A stretch of 63,216 nt of DNA, filler included, from Piedraia hortae CBS 480.64 (Eukaryota): NCBI GenBank assembly GCA_010093745.1. It is 3 parts of 3 records of this genome, joined end to end, with 100 filler letters (N's around TTAATTAATTAA, not from the genome) between each part and the next. Parts side by side here need not be neighbours in the genome. Positions count along the whole stretch, not along the records: positions 1 to 26,276 come from MU006057.1; 2 more parts are not named here. One strand, 5' to 3'. Below are positions 1 to 9,553 of this stretch, one piece after another. How positions within the stretch are numbered: the first letter of the stretch is position 1; every line of letters begins with the position of its first letter. The notes below the pieces were generated by a model. The model was not told the origin of the DNA and ran no database searches. It saw only the letters and a program-made list of their open reading frames with translations. Both the position numbers and the translations under genes were made by a program.

Positions 1-26
1 CAAATCTCTACGGAAAACTAGTTGAC
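1..26 (+). repeat. 26-bp direct repeat, copy 1 (identical to 63191-63216)
   Basis: CAAATCTCTACGGAAAACTAGTTGAC is both the first and the last 26 nt of the window. Confidence 0.95.
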
Positions 27-1551
27 GCGTGAAGTCGAGAGCCGAGCGACGGTTACTAATAATGCGCGTAATATACCGCATATTCACAACACTTTTGCAG
101 ATCATCCATCGTCATTCATCGAGGCGATGCACGTAGTGAACGATTGTTTAGACAATGCACTCGAAAGCTACTTGTTATCCAATTGTTCCAAAGAGCATAT
201 TTGAAAGCTCGGTCATTTAATCCATGATCTCGTAGCCAGATCACGGCAATAGTAAACCGGAGTTATGCTTTGTGGCGCCCTGTCAGTCATTTGCCGTTGA
301 CTATCCTTGGCGTGCACGATAACTTCGCTGCCTTTGATTCTCGAATGACATGCTTCAACATGTTTTAGCCACTGCATCGTTGGTCGTATTAAGCTTTGAG
401 CATATTGGCGGTGTGATGAGCATGCCACCGCACGATATCTATATTCGAGTTTTGATGCATCAGCGTGGAGCTTCTTGCTGCAAAAATGTTTTGGCTATTC
501 GTTTTGTAAACCGAATTGTTGATTGAAAATGGGACTTGCATTGCCTCGCAGATTACCTCTGTGGTGGTTGTGCTTAGCGATGGGAATGATGCGATATCGT
601 TGAACGAAGTTCTATCGTGAAACTTTCCAGCTGGGCAATTAATGTTAAATTCGCTTGAATAGCGTCTGGCAGATTACAGGGGCACCTGTTGCCTGCAGGA
701 CAGCATTTCATCAGACCAATTTTCGAGCATTGCTCAGCCCTTGACTGGGCTTGTGTAGAATGCTACAAGCTGGTTATTCATAAAGGTCTGCCCCATGGCC
801 ATACTCGTTTAAAGATCTCTGCCGGCAGTCAAATTTTGCTAGAAATGGTCCACATCAACGGATCAATACAGTACTCGCTGGAGAAACATCTGCAGGTTGC
901 TACCCGTCAGCCAGCACGGCAAGAGATTATGTAGTCACGAGAAAGACTAAACTCATTGGTAGAAACGACACACTAGGAACGGAATAAAAGTAAAGGGGTT
1001 CTTGTAATACCCCACGAGTTGTACCTACAATAGCAGCCACTGACCGTGAACCCGGAATGGAATTTCTGTACCTGGACATGCCAATGGACAACATAGTCGC
1101 ATATCACCGCGGATATCCAACCAGAGATCACAAAGATTCGCTACTGCGCGGATACTGGCACGGGGCAGCTCGTGACGGACGTATATGCGCACAGGGTACC
1201 CGCATAATCGGGAGCCGTACGCCTTGAAATCCGCCGGCCAGGTCACCGCACGCCTGTGCCACGATGAGGTGGTGTCACTTCAGCGAACTTACCGTGGCGT
1301 TGGAAATACCAAACAGGATAACCAACGAAAAAAAAAGCATGGCCATGTTTCGAATGCAAAGACAACGTGGCTGGGTTTTCGTGGGTTGGGTGAGTTGCTC
1401 TCATTGCACAGAATCACGAAAGACCAGTGCACTTGCTGCTATCTCTTTGCCGGTTCGTAGCGGCTTTAATCTCCATTGCAAGCGGCAGTAGTCTGGACGA
1501 GCAATTTTGCCGGTGCACAAGCCCATGATATCTCAGTCAAAGCACCTCCGT

Positions 1552-2121
1552 CTACTCAAAGTGTTCCTCGACGTGTCTTGCAACCGCGTATTCGTCCCCT
1601 TTAAAAGTTAGGCAAACTGGACAAGCTACAACCACATCTTCCTCTGTGCCAGTCTTGCCAGTCGTGGGAAAAAAATCCGCCAAACTTCTCTCCGGAGGAC
1701 GAGAATGATCAAGATCGTAATAGTCTCTCACATCGCTTTCAATCCTACCTGCTCTCGCACGATTGACCGGAGAGTCAGATGGACCAGCCACAAGCGTATT
1801 ATCGGCGGAAGAGTTCGTTGAAGTGTCAACCATTCCCTGCACGCGTCCAACGCGACCGTCTCGTAGACGCACTTTGATCCCACGTGGATGATTACCGCGA
1901 GTGAGCACATCTTGAACGATTCCCTGAACTTGGCGGCCTGTGAGTTGATCACACTTTAAAATTATCGATACATGCCGACCTGGGAGAACCTGGCTGATGG
2001 TGGGGGGTTGAATAGGGGCAGGCGAAGCTGGATGACGTATTGGTGTTCGGTCGCCATGACGGGCTCCCACGGTATTGCTATTTCCATTCCGGCGTGGCTG
2101 GCGATTTCTTGGTCTGTTCAT
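1552..2121 (-). CDS. YwbE/DUF2196-family protein with C-terminal UBZ-like zinc finger
   Basis: VSIILKCDQLTGRQVQGIVQDVLTRGNHPRGIKVRLRDGRVGRVQ is the YwbE-type core; C-terminus has CPVC...HVEEH; single-exon 189-aa ORF. Confidence 0.8.
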   Translation of the reverse strand: MNRPRNRQPRRNGNSNTVGARHGDRTPIRHPASPAPIQPPTISQVLPGRHVSIILKCDQLTGRQVQGIVQDVLTRGNHPRGIKVRLRDGRVGRVQGMVDTSTNSSADNTLVAGPSDSPVNRARAGRIESDVRDYYDLDHSRPPERSLADFFPTTGKTGTEEDVVVACPVCLTFKGDEYAVARHVEEHFE

Positions 2122-2155
2122 GATGGTTGTGTATTTGTGCGAGCCTTGGCAAAAA

Positions 2156-2956
2156 ATGACTGAAGTAACGTCCTACGCACAGACACACCAGAACATGCGC
2201 AAACTAACTGCAGCAGAGCAAGAATTCTTGTATCCTTTCCTGCCAGACAATCCCAATGCAGGCTCAAAAAGGGCTGATCTGCCCTTTGTGACCTTGACAT
2301 ATGCACAGTCAATGGACAACATGATTGCATCTTCACCTGGCCAAAAAACCATTCTTTCTGGCCCGGATTCAAAGAGCATGACCCATTACCTTCGCATGAA
2401 GCACGATGTCATAGTCGTTGGGGTGGGTACTGCGGTTGCTGATGATCCCAGCCTGAACTGTCGATACCCAGGAACGGGAATGGATTCGCAGCCCCGGCCT
2501 GTAGTTATCGATCCACATGGGCGATGGGATGTCGACAAATCCAAAGCGCAGCAAACCGCAATGCAGGGCCTGGGCCAAAACCCATGGATGGTTTACGCCC
2601 GTCGTTGCGTCGAAAACTCGGATGCAGCTGTCGACGGCCGTGAAAAAATTCTGCTGGATGGCCCAGCGAGTATGTCCTGGCGTGAAATACTGTATGCTTT
2701 GAAACGCAGAGGTATCAATAGCGTCATGGTCGAAGGTGGTGCAAATGTCATATCGTCACTCCTTGCCCAGCCGGAACTGATTAACTCGGTCATCATTACT
2801 GTGGCACCAACCTGGCTTGGAAAGGGCGGAGTCAAGATAGATGCAACTACAGTTACCAAAGACAGCAAGAGGGTCAATTTTGCAAGATTGAAGGATACGG
2901 CATGGCTATCATTTGGAGACGATGCAGTGCTGTGTGGCCGAATGGCTGATACATAG
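2156..2956 (+). CDS. RIB7: 2,5-diamino-6-ribosylamino-4(3H)-pyrimidinone 5'-phosphate reductase (RibD C-terminal domain)
   Basis: PFVTLTYAQSMD, MTHYLR, VGVGTAVADDPSLNCR, VMVEGGA motifs; ATG at 2156 or 2195. Confidence 0.9.
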   Translation: MTEVTSYAQTHQNMRKLTAAEQEFLYPFLPDNPNAGSKRADLPFVTLTYAQSMDNMIASSPGQKTILSGPDSKSMTHYLRMKHDVIVVGVGTAVADDPSLNCRYPGTGMDSQPRPVVIDPHGRWDVDKSKAQQTAMQGLGQNPWMVYARRCVENSDAAVDGREKILLDGPASMSWREILYALKRRGINSVMVEGGANVISSLLAQPELINSVIITVAPTWLGKGGVKIDATTVTKDSKRVNFARLKDTAWLSFGDDAVLCGRMADT

Positions 2957-3652
2957 AATTTTCAAGCAGGTGCAATCGTCAAATTATAGAGAACCACCAG
3001 CCTGATCCCTGGAGCAAATTGCAGGGGTTGTTGAGATTGCTCTTCAACACGTAGCATTTGGATATGCAAAATTTTTACAGCATCTTCATAAGACATCGTC
3101 CGATGCTCTTTCAGAAAGAACGAGGGGCTTGGTGGGCGAAGAGATACCAGTGTCAGCCCAAGACCAAGTATATTACCCCACACTTCACTGACTACGAAGA
3201 TTTCCAAACCCATAACCCAGCCTGCACTCGCCTGATCAACGACCACAATTTGTACCTCCTTGATGATCAGTTCATAGCTTTCTTCCTCGCTTCCTCCTTG
3301 GCGAAACTCACCCCAATGGGAAGTGGGACTTGAGTCAAGCTTATCTAGTAGATGAGCTGCGCTATCAGTCCATAGTTCCCTTTTTCGTCGTTTGCCTAAA
3401 TCTCACACCATCTGTTGCTTCAAATGATCGCTGAGAGGAGAGTTCATCGTTGCAGTTTGGAAAGCATCGCAAGGTGGGGAGTGCGTTGTCGTTTGCTCTT
3501 GTTCAGGATGGCCTTATCCTTGGTGCTCCAAAGCGCCAACGTTTGACAGCTAGGCTTTCGGCCACAATTTCTGTAGGTTTCCCAGGAAATCCTGAGGCCA
3601 TGTAATCGACTTTCCTCAGACAGGTTTGCAAAAGAAATTATTAGAATAAATC

Positions 3653-5032
3653 TCATGAAGGCTGCCTAGGTACAAAAGGGACGGCAGACCACTGCCTGCG
3701 CTCCTGAATAGCTTCGGTCATTGTTTCGTCGTGGTCCACAGAATCTTTTCTACGACGCCACACCGGTACGCGGGGCGAACGGCGTAGGGACATTTGCTCC
3801 AGACGCTCGCCCAGCCCGCGCACATCCATGGGCCCGTCGATGCCGCGGTCGCAGGGGGCCGACCGGGCCGAGTCGATGCTAAAGGCGTAGCTGGCAGTCG
3901 AGCCTTTGGAGACGCGCAGCAGAGCTTCGATAGAGTAGCAAACGCTAGCACGGCGGTTGCGCTTCGTGATTATGTCAGCAACGTTGGCCACGTACGCCTG
4001 GAGCTGCGACTGCTCCCAGTTCTTAAGCTGCAGCCACATGCGATAACGATCGCGGTCCGTGAGCCATGACTGGCCATTGAGCGGCCGCCGCCGAGCCCAA
4101 GGTGGAGGGGCGGGCGGCGGCGGGTGATGACCACGACAAACTGTGGTATGCGGGAAGTTGAAGCCGCAGTGGCCAAGGAGGTCAGCACTGGCAAGATGTT
4201 GCGTCAGATCGCGCTTGTGCACGAAGCCGACTTGGCAATCGTCGCAGCGCAGCTCTGACTGAAGCTCGTCCAGGTGCGCGCGGAGGTGCGGAAGCAGGTC
4301 TGGCAGTTCGTCGCCAAACGTGGCCTTACAAAAGATGCAGATGTCGGCCTTTGGCGCAGCCACCTGTTTGACCTTTGCACCGGGTTTGTGGATGAGCGAT
4401 GCATGCGGCCACGGCGTGCGCCGCTTTTTCTTGGGCTTCTCCTTCTCCGCTTTTTCCTCCTTCTCCGCCGTTGCAGGCGCCACCGCTACTACGCCTCGCG
4501 CAACCTCAGCGGCGGAATCAGACGAGAGAGAGCCTCCGAAGCTGCCGCGACGAAAGGCGACCTTGCCCTCTTCCATGTCAATGGCCGAGTCCGCCGCCAG
4601 AGACCGCACCGACTGCACGCTGGGCACCGGGTTGGGCGTTCCGTTCGCAGGAGGGCTCTTGAACTCATCGCCCGAGTCACTCGAGTCATCGTCAAACCAC
4701 GAGCGACTGCCGTCTGGCGCGGGCGGGGAGGGAGAGGGGGTCGGGGCTTTCTTCTGGCGCGGCGCAGGCCGCTTGATTCCGCGGTGCGTCTCGTTTTCGT
4801 GACGCTGACGGTCATGCTCGCGACTGAAATTGCGACCGCATTGACTACAGGCAAATTTATCGGCGGGCGGCAGGCCAACGTTCAGTCGGTGCTGGTCGCC
4901 GTGGAAATGGCGGACGAGGGCACGCTTGGTCGTGTACGAGCTTTTGCAAGCCTCACATATATAGTAGATGCACTGTTTCTTGGCCGGTGGCAGCTGCTCA
5001 TCGGTCGTGCTGCGACGACGGCGGGAGGCCAT
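3653..5032 (-). CDS. C2H2 zinc-finger protein
   Basis: 459-aa ORF with CEAC..H, CSQCGRNFSREHDRQRHENETH, CIFC..H and CDDC..H fingers. Confidence 0.8.
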   Translation of the reverse strand: MASRRRRSTTDEQLPPAKKQCIYYICEACKSSYTTKRALVRHFHGDQHRLNVGLPPADKFACSQCGRNFSREHDRQRHENETHRGIKRPAPRQKKAPTPSPSPPAPDGSRSWFDDDSSDSGDEFKSPPANGTPNPVPSVQSVRSLAADSAIDMEEGKVAFRRGSFGGSLSSDSAAEVARGVVAVAPATAEKEEKAEKEKPKKKRRTPWPHASLIHKPGAKVKQVAAPKADICIFCKATFGDELPDLLPHLRAHLDELQSELRCDDCQVGFVHKRDLTQHLASADLLGHCGFNFPHTTVCRGHHPPPPAPPPWARRRPLNGQSWLTDRDRYRMWLQLKNWEQSQLQAYVANVADIITKRNRRASVCYSIEALLRVSKGSTASYAFSIDSARSAPCDRGIDGPMDVRGLGERLEQMSLRRSPRVPVWRRRKDSVDHDETMTEAIQERRQWSAVPFVPRQPS

Positions 5033-5306
5033 GACAGGTGTTGACAGATGACAGCAGCAAACGGCGAGGGGGAAGCGCGCGGGAGCGCCCGGGAAAGGCC
5101 CGGAATTAGCCTTGGCTGAGCGTCGTGGCGCCCGCAGGTCACGTCACACCGCCATCCTTCCGTTTCGTCATCGGCGGGCCGAGACAAGAGCTGCTGTGGG
5201 TCCTTGCAGGCCCATGCAGATCAGGCGCACCTTGGCCAGCCTGGCGACGACGAACGAGGATGTTGTTCAGCCCGTCACGCCAGAGAGCATGTAATACTCA
5301 CATGGA

Positions 5307-6752
5307 TCATTCCATAAAGGTCACAGTTTTCGTCGTCATAAACTCGTCGATCCCCCACTGGCCGTTGAAGCGGCCCCATCCCGAGTCCTTGATTCCACCA
5401 TGCGGCAAAGAGACCTCGTCATGCACGCTCATGCTGTTGATGTGCACCGCCCCACTCTGCAGCTGCTGTGCAAGACGCAGCCCCCTTCCAAGGTTGGTTG
5501 TAAAGATTGCAGAGCTGAGTCCCTGCGCCGTATCGTTTGCTATTTTAATCGCCTCGTCGTCGTCCTGCACGGGGATGAGAGACGCCGTCGGTCCAAACGA
5601 CTCGGTGTGAAACATATCCATCTCAGGCGTAACGCCACTCATAATGACAGGTCGCATCTGGTAGGCAGACTCTTCGCGGCCCTCCACTTTGCCGACCAGT
5701 GGCTGTGAACCTTTGGAGGCGGCGTCAGCCAGCAGCTTCCGGTTCTTCTCAACTGCAGCCGTGCCCACCAACAAGGGTGCAGTACCGTCATTCGAGTACA
5801 TGTGGAGGACAGCTGTAGTTAGTGCAGTGCGGAAGCTATCAAGCACCTTACGGTGCACAATGATGCGTTCCGTGGACATACAGATCTGGCCGGCGTGGAG
5901 CATTGCTCCAACTGCACAGCTGCGAGCCGCCTCCTCTATGTTTGCATCCTGGCAGACAATCGCCGGTGACTTGCCTCCGAGCTCCATCAGCGCCGGCTTT
6001 AAGTGCTTGCCACACTGAGACGCAATGATGGAGCCCATAGCAGTACTACCGGTGAAGTTGACCTTGCGTACGAGTCGGTGTTCGATCATGCCACTGACGA
6101 CCGTCGCTGCATCGTTTGTACGGCAGAAGAGCACATTGAGCACACCAGGCGGGATGCCGGCGTCGTGCATCACAGAGCCCAGCGCCCAAAACGTCCGAGG
6201 GCACAGCTCTGACCCCTTGAGCACGACAGTGTTGCCGCCGGCAATGGCATACAACACAGCGCGGGCCCCCAGCAGTAACGGGGCATTCCAAGGAGCAATC
6301 CCCAAGATAACGCCCAGAGGCACTTTGAAGACAAGAGCCGCTTGTCCCGGCGTTTGCGTCGGCGGTATGGTACCTGAAATGTTGGCAGCTCGGCCAGCAA
6401 GGTCACGAAATATCTCTGGGGTGGCATTGAGGTTAAAGTCAATGAACGCCTGGGCAGCGCCCGTCTCATCCCTCATGTAGCTGGCAAGTTCATCGCGGCG
6501 GCTGTCAAAGATGTCGGCTGCACGCAGGAAGATGGTACGGATCTCAGCCGGTTTTGTCTTCCGCCACGAGTCAAACGCACGACCGGCAGCCTCGACGGCG
6601 CATATGGCGCTCGCCGGGCTAGCTGAAGAGGCAGACCAGATGGGCTTCGCAGTGGACGGAGCGACGACGTCAAAGTGTGTGTCTTCGGTCACCTCCTTTC
6701 CATCAATCCACAGGGGAACTACAGTGGACATGTCGGGTTTGGTAGTCGGCAT
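5307..6752 (-). CDS. NAD-dependent aldehyde dehydrogenase (salicylaldehyde/vanillin dehydrogenase-like)
   Basis: APWNAP, NFTGST, MELGGK, GQICMSTER, ESFGP, PHGGIKDSGWGRFN motifs; intronless; start may be the second Met (MSTVVPLWIDG). Confidence 0.92.
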   Translation of the reverse strand: MPTTKPDMSTVVPLWIDGKEVTEDTHFDVVAPSTAKPIWSASSASPASAICAVEAAGRAFDSWRKTKPAEIRTIFLRAADIFDSRRDELASYMRDETGAAQAFIDFNLNATPEIFRDLAGRAANISGTIPPTQTPGQAALVFKVPLGVILGIAPWNAPLLLGARAVLYAIAGGNTVVLKGSELCPRTFWALGSVMHDAGIPPGVLNVLFCRTNDAATVVSGMIEHRLVRKVNFTGSTAMGSIIASQCGKHLKPALMELGGKSPAIVCQDANIEEAARSCAVGAMLHAGQICMSTERIIVHRKVLDSFRTALTTAVLHMYSNDGTAPLLVGTAAVEKNRKLLADAASKGSQPLVGKVEGREESAYQMRPVIMSGVTPEMDMFHTESFGPTASLIPVQDDDEAIKIANDTAQGLSSAIFTTNLGRGLRLAQQLQSGAVHINSMSVHDEVSLPHGGIKDSGWGRFNGQWGIDEFMTTKTVTFME

Positions 6753-7413
6753 CTTGTGGGGTTTTGGGATTTTGGGCTTTTTGTCTCTGCCTGAGCGGGG
6801 AATTCTCTGCCGTCCATGATTCGATGGGCTGACATCCGAGGTGCATCCCCGAACTCTGCTGACATTTGTAAAACAGTTTCCATCACAGGTTCAACGATGA
6901 ATTGACAGTATGCATACATCTATGCCAGCTCGTGCGGGACCATAAGGGCTGCTTGTAGGACCCATAGTGGGAAATGTGCTTATCTAGAGGTTAGATGTCC
7001 TCCACCATGGTTCAATCCGACTGCATGTAGCTACCATTCACTTAAGCCGTCATCGCTCTGGTGATCCATTCGATGATGTGTTTGTCAAAGGCGAGTGACA
7101 TGCCAGGGTATAAAGCACGACTTCCCGTTCAAGAGTTCATACAACTTCGATACATCTACCTAATCTTGCACTCAACAATAGACAACATCGCTCCGTGCAT
7201 CGGAAGGCTTGGTCTGAATGAATTAATCAACATGTCAAGGCAGCGCAATGATGACTTGGTCCGCGCTTCATGATCATCCGCGTTTCCAATTTCCACCAAT
7301 TTCGATCTGTTCCCATGCTCTTATTAGTGAACACATCCTCCAGTCTTTGACCCATCAACGACATCCACAACGCTGCTAGTAACATCCCAGCCTCGCCCTC
7401 GCCTAGCGATTCC

Positions 7414-7794
7414 TTGACAAACACGACGATACGATCATGTCAGGGGTCAGGGATCCTGCATTCTGGAAACGCTTCTCTCTGGCCGTGCACCGCTTCGAAG
7501 AAGACGAGGAAAAGGGCCCTAAAGGCGAAAGAGATTCGTACGTATACGCGTAAAACTGCAAAGGACGTAAAGCTGACCAACAGACAAACATGGTTAGCCA
7601 AGCAGCGCCGGAAAAAATCTCGCCGACGATACGTTTGCCCTCTCTTCTGGCTTACCCTCTTCCTCTTCATCGCCGCTCTAATTGCACTCATTATCGTCAT
7701 ACTCAGGAGCGGTGTTGTCGGACGGCTGCCATGGGGCATCGGCCAGGTCCTGGATCCGCCCAAAGGCTCAGCTGCCGCTGAGAATAGTCAGTAA
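7414..7794 (+). CDS. small basic protein with one transmembrane segment (5' end unresolved)
   Basis: K/R-rich stretch followed by hydrophobic LFWLTLFLFIAALIALIIVIL; ORF lacks an in-frame ATG, so an upstream exon is probably needed. Confidence 0.5.
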   Translation: MTNTTIRSCQGSGILHSGNASLWPCTASKKTRKRALKAKEIRTYTRKTAKDVKLTNRQTWLAKQRRKKSRRRYVCPLFWLTLFLFIAALIALIIVILRSGVVGRLPWGIGQVLDPPKGSAAAENSQ

Positions 7795-7846
7795 CGCTTA
7801 AACGACAGATTGTACATAACGCTATTGGAGATGCTAATGTAATCAA

Positions 7847-8482
7847 TCATTCTCTCGGTCTTCGTGGCGGTGGACTCGGGCTCCGGCTCATGCTGCGCTC
7901 GTCTCGTCCACGCAGCTTCAGCCATTTCTTGGTCGATAGTTGTAGTTCGCGCTCTAGTTCGGGACTAGGCTCTTTGCGGTGGATGAAGTTGCAAAATCCT
8001 CCGCGCACACATCCGTCGCCGCTATTCAAGCGACAGCAGGCTTCACGGAAGTCGGTGACGGGACTCAATTCGCAGTAGACGGGACGCGCCGCGTACCACC
8101 GCGCATTGAGGGCATAGCAGGCGGCTTGGGCACACTCCTCATACTTGAAGCGAGCGTACACGTTGCCAATCAGATGGTCATTGTTATTATCGCAAACGAC
8201 GATTTCCTCGATCTCGCCATATTTGCACATCTCACACCACAAGTCTTCGTAAAAGGCGTCGAAATGATTTTGCACCTGCGACGCCGTCATCTGGCCGCGC
8301 AGCTTCGCGTCCCATGATGGGTTTTGATACAGATTGGGCATCAGTATGGTCTGCGAATATGACGGCTTAACATGCTTGCGTGAGCAGCGGTCGCCGTGTC
8401 GACAGGCGCCGATTTTGTAGTAAAAGCTGCAGTTGACCTTGTCTTGCTCTGTGCCGAATATTGAGGCTAGGTAGTTGGCCAT
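7847..8482 (-). CDS. U2AF1: splicing factor U2AF small subunit
   Basis: MANYLASIFGTEQDKVNCSFYYKIGACRHGDRCSRKH; CCCH-UHM-CCCH layout with short RS tail; intronless. Confidence 0.97.
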   Translation of the reverse strand: MANYLASIFGTEQDKVNCSFYYKIGACRHGDRCSRKHVKPSYSQTILMPNLYQNPSWDAKLRGQMTASQVQNHFDAFYEDLWCEMCKYGEIEEIVVCDNNNDHLIGNVYARFKYEECAQAACYALNARWYAARPVYCELSPVTDFREACCRLNSGDGCVRGGFCNFIHRKEPSPELERELQLSTKKWLKLRGRDERSMSRSPSPPPRRPRE

Positions 8483-8840
8483 TTTCCTGGGTTGTGGGCG
8501 GTTGAAGATAGGAAGTCACTGGCTGGCGGTCTTTGGCGGACGCACGGGATTAGTCAGCAGTTTGAAAATGACGTACTTTCAGTCACTGATTACATGATCG
8601 TTGAGATCAGCAACGAGATGAATGCACCTGCCAACGAGTAGATGGCTCTGGAAGTAGCATCATTAGGTGTAGATAAAGGAGATCAAAGGGGTCTCCCCTT
8701 TTCAGAAGGCGGATTCTTCCGTGAAACGTTGAACAACAGCAGTTATCCTCCGACAGGTTGGCCACGGAAGACTATGACATGGCTACCTGCGAAGTCCCAT
8801 AGACTAAAGCCAGCTTCCCCATGCCTCCATCGGCCGTAGT

Positions 8841-9290
8841 TCACCGGTTCTTCTTCTCGGCCTCCTTCATTACCTTCTTGACAATCTTCTGCTCTTCGAT
8901 GAGGAAGGCGCGGGTGATGCGATCCTTTACACAGTTGGCGCAGCGGGAGCCGCCGTATGCGCGCTGTACCGTCTTTTTGGGGCGGGAGATTGTGGCATAT
9001 TCTCGAGGGCGAAGGGCGGGGATCTGAAGCCCAAGTTAGCCGACCATTACGTCCATTACGCGAAACACATACTCCCGCAAGTTTCATTCCACAGTCACCG
9101 CACTTGGGCGACGTGCCGCGCTTCTTGATATGGAGGTATCGCAGCTCACCGCCGGGCGTGCGGATCGTGCGGACCTTATTCGACTTGGTGTTGTAAGGCT
9201 GGCGCCGACGCTGCGAATGCGCATTAGTTACTGGACTCGGTGGCTACGTAGCGAGCGGTAACATACGTAGGTAAGACGATTCGATGGCAT
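8841..9290 (-). CDS. RPL34: 60S ribosomal protein L34 (eL34), 3 exons
   Basis: Exons 9290-9267, 9210-9073, 9023-8841 (GTATGT..CAG introns 9266-9211 and 9072-9024) splice to [22 protein letters not shown]...KCGDCG...IPALRPREY...[12 protein letters not shown]. Confidence 0.95.
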
Positions 9291-9553
9291 TTTTGCAGTG
9301 GCAAGGCTTCTTCAGTGTGGTTGCGTAAATCGGTGCGTGTCGTGGGTGCAGAAGGGTCTTGGCGTAGTGCGGAACGGCTTCCGCGCGGACGACCTGTCAA
9401 ACATTCGACACCCAGAGGTTGGATTTGACGTACCGTTACGCCGTCGTCAATACTTCGAACACTTCAAACCCACCCGAACGCCAAAGGAAACATTAACAAG
9501 TTCTGGCTGGGTACTGCTTGGCCTGAAAACCGCAAAGCCAAGTGCCATCGGGG

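Noticed and set aside
27..1500. Short ORFs and a possible second Tc1 TIR at the window start
   Set aside because: No recognisable protein motifs and no good match to ACTTTTGGCCACGACTG; left unannotated
2960..3650. Small ORFs between RIB7 and the C2H2 gene
   Set aside because: No motif or consistent splice model
4274..5044. 256-aa plus-strand ORF and similar antisense ORFs over ALDH, PRP8, ZDS1 and HRD3
   Set aside because: Shadow frames of GC-rich genes on the opposite strand
8575..8670. Possible box C/D snoRNA upstream of U2AF1 (minus strand ATGATG...CTGA)
   Set aside because: Box C is imperfect and no terminal stem or recognisable guide is visible
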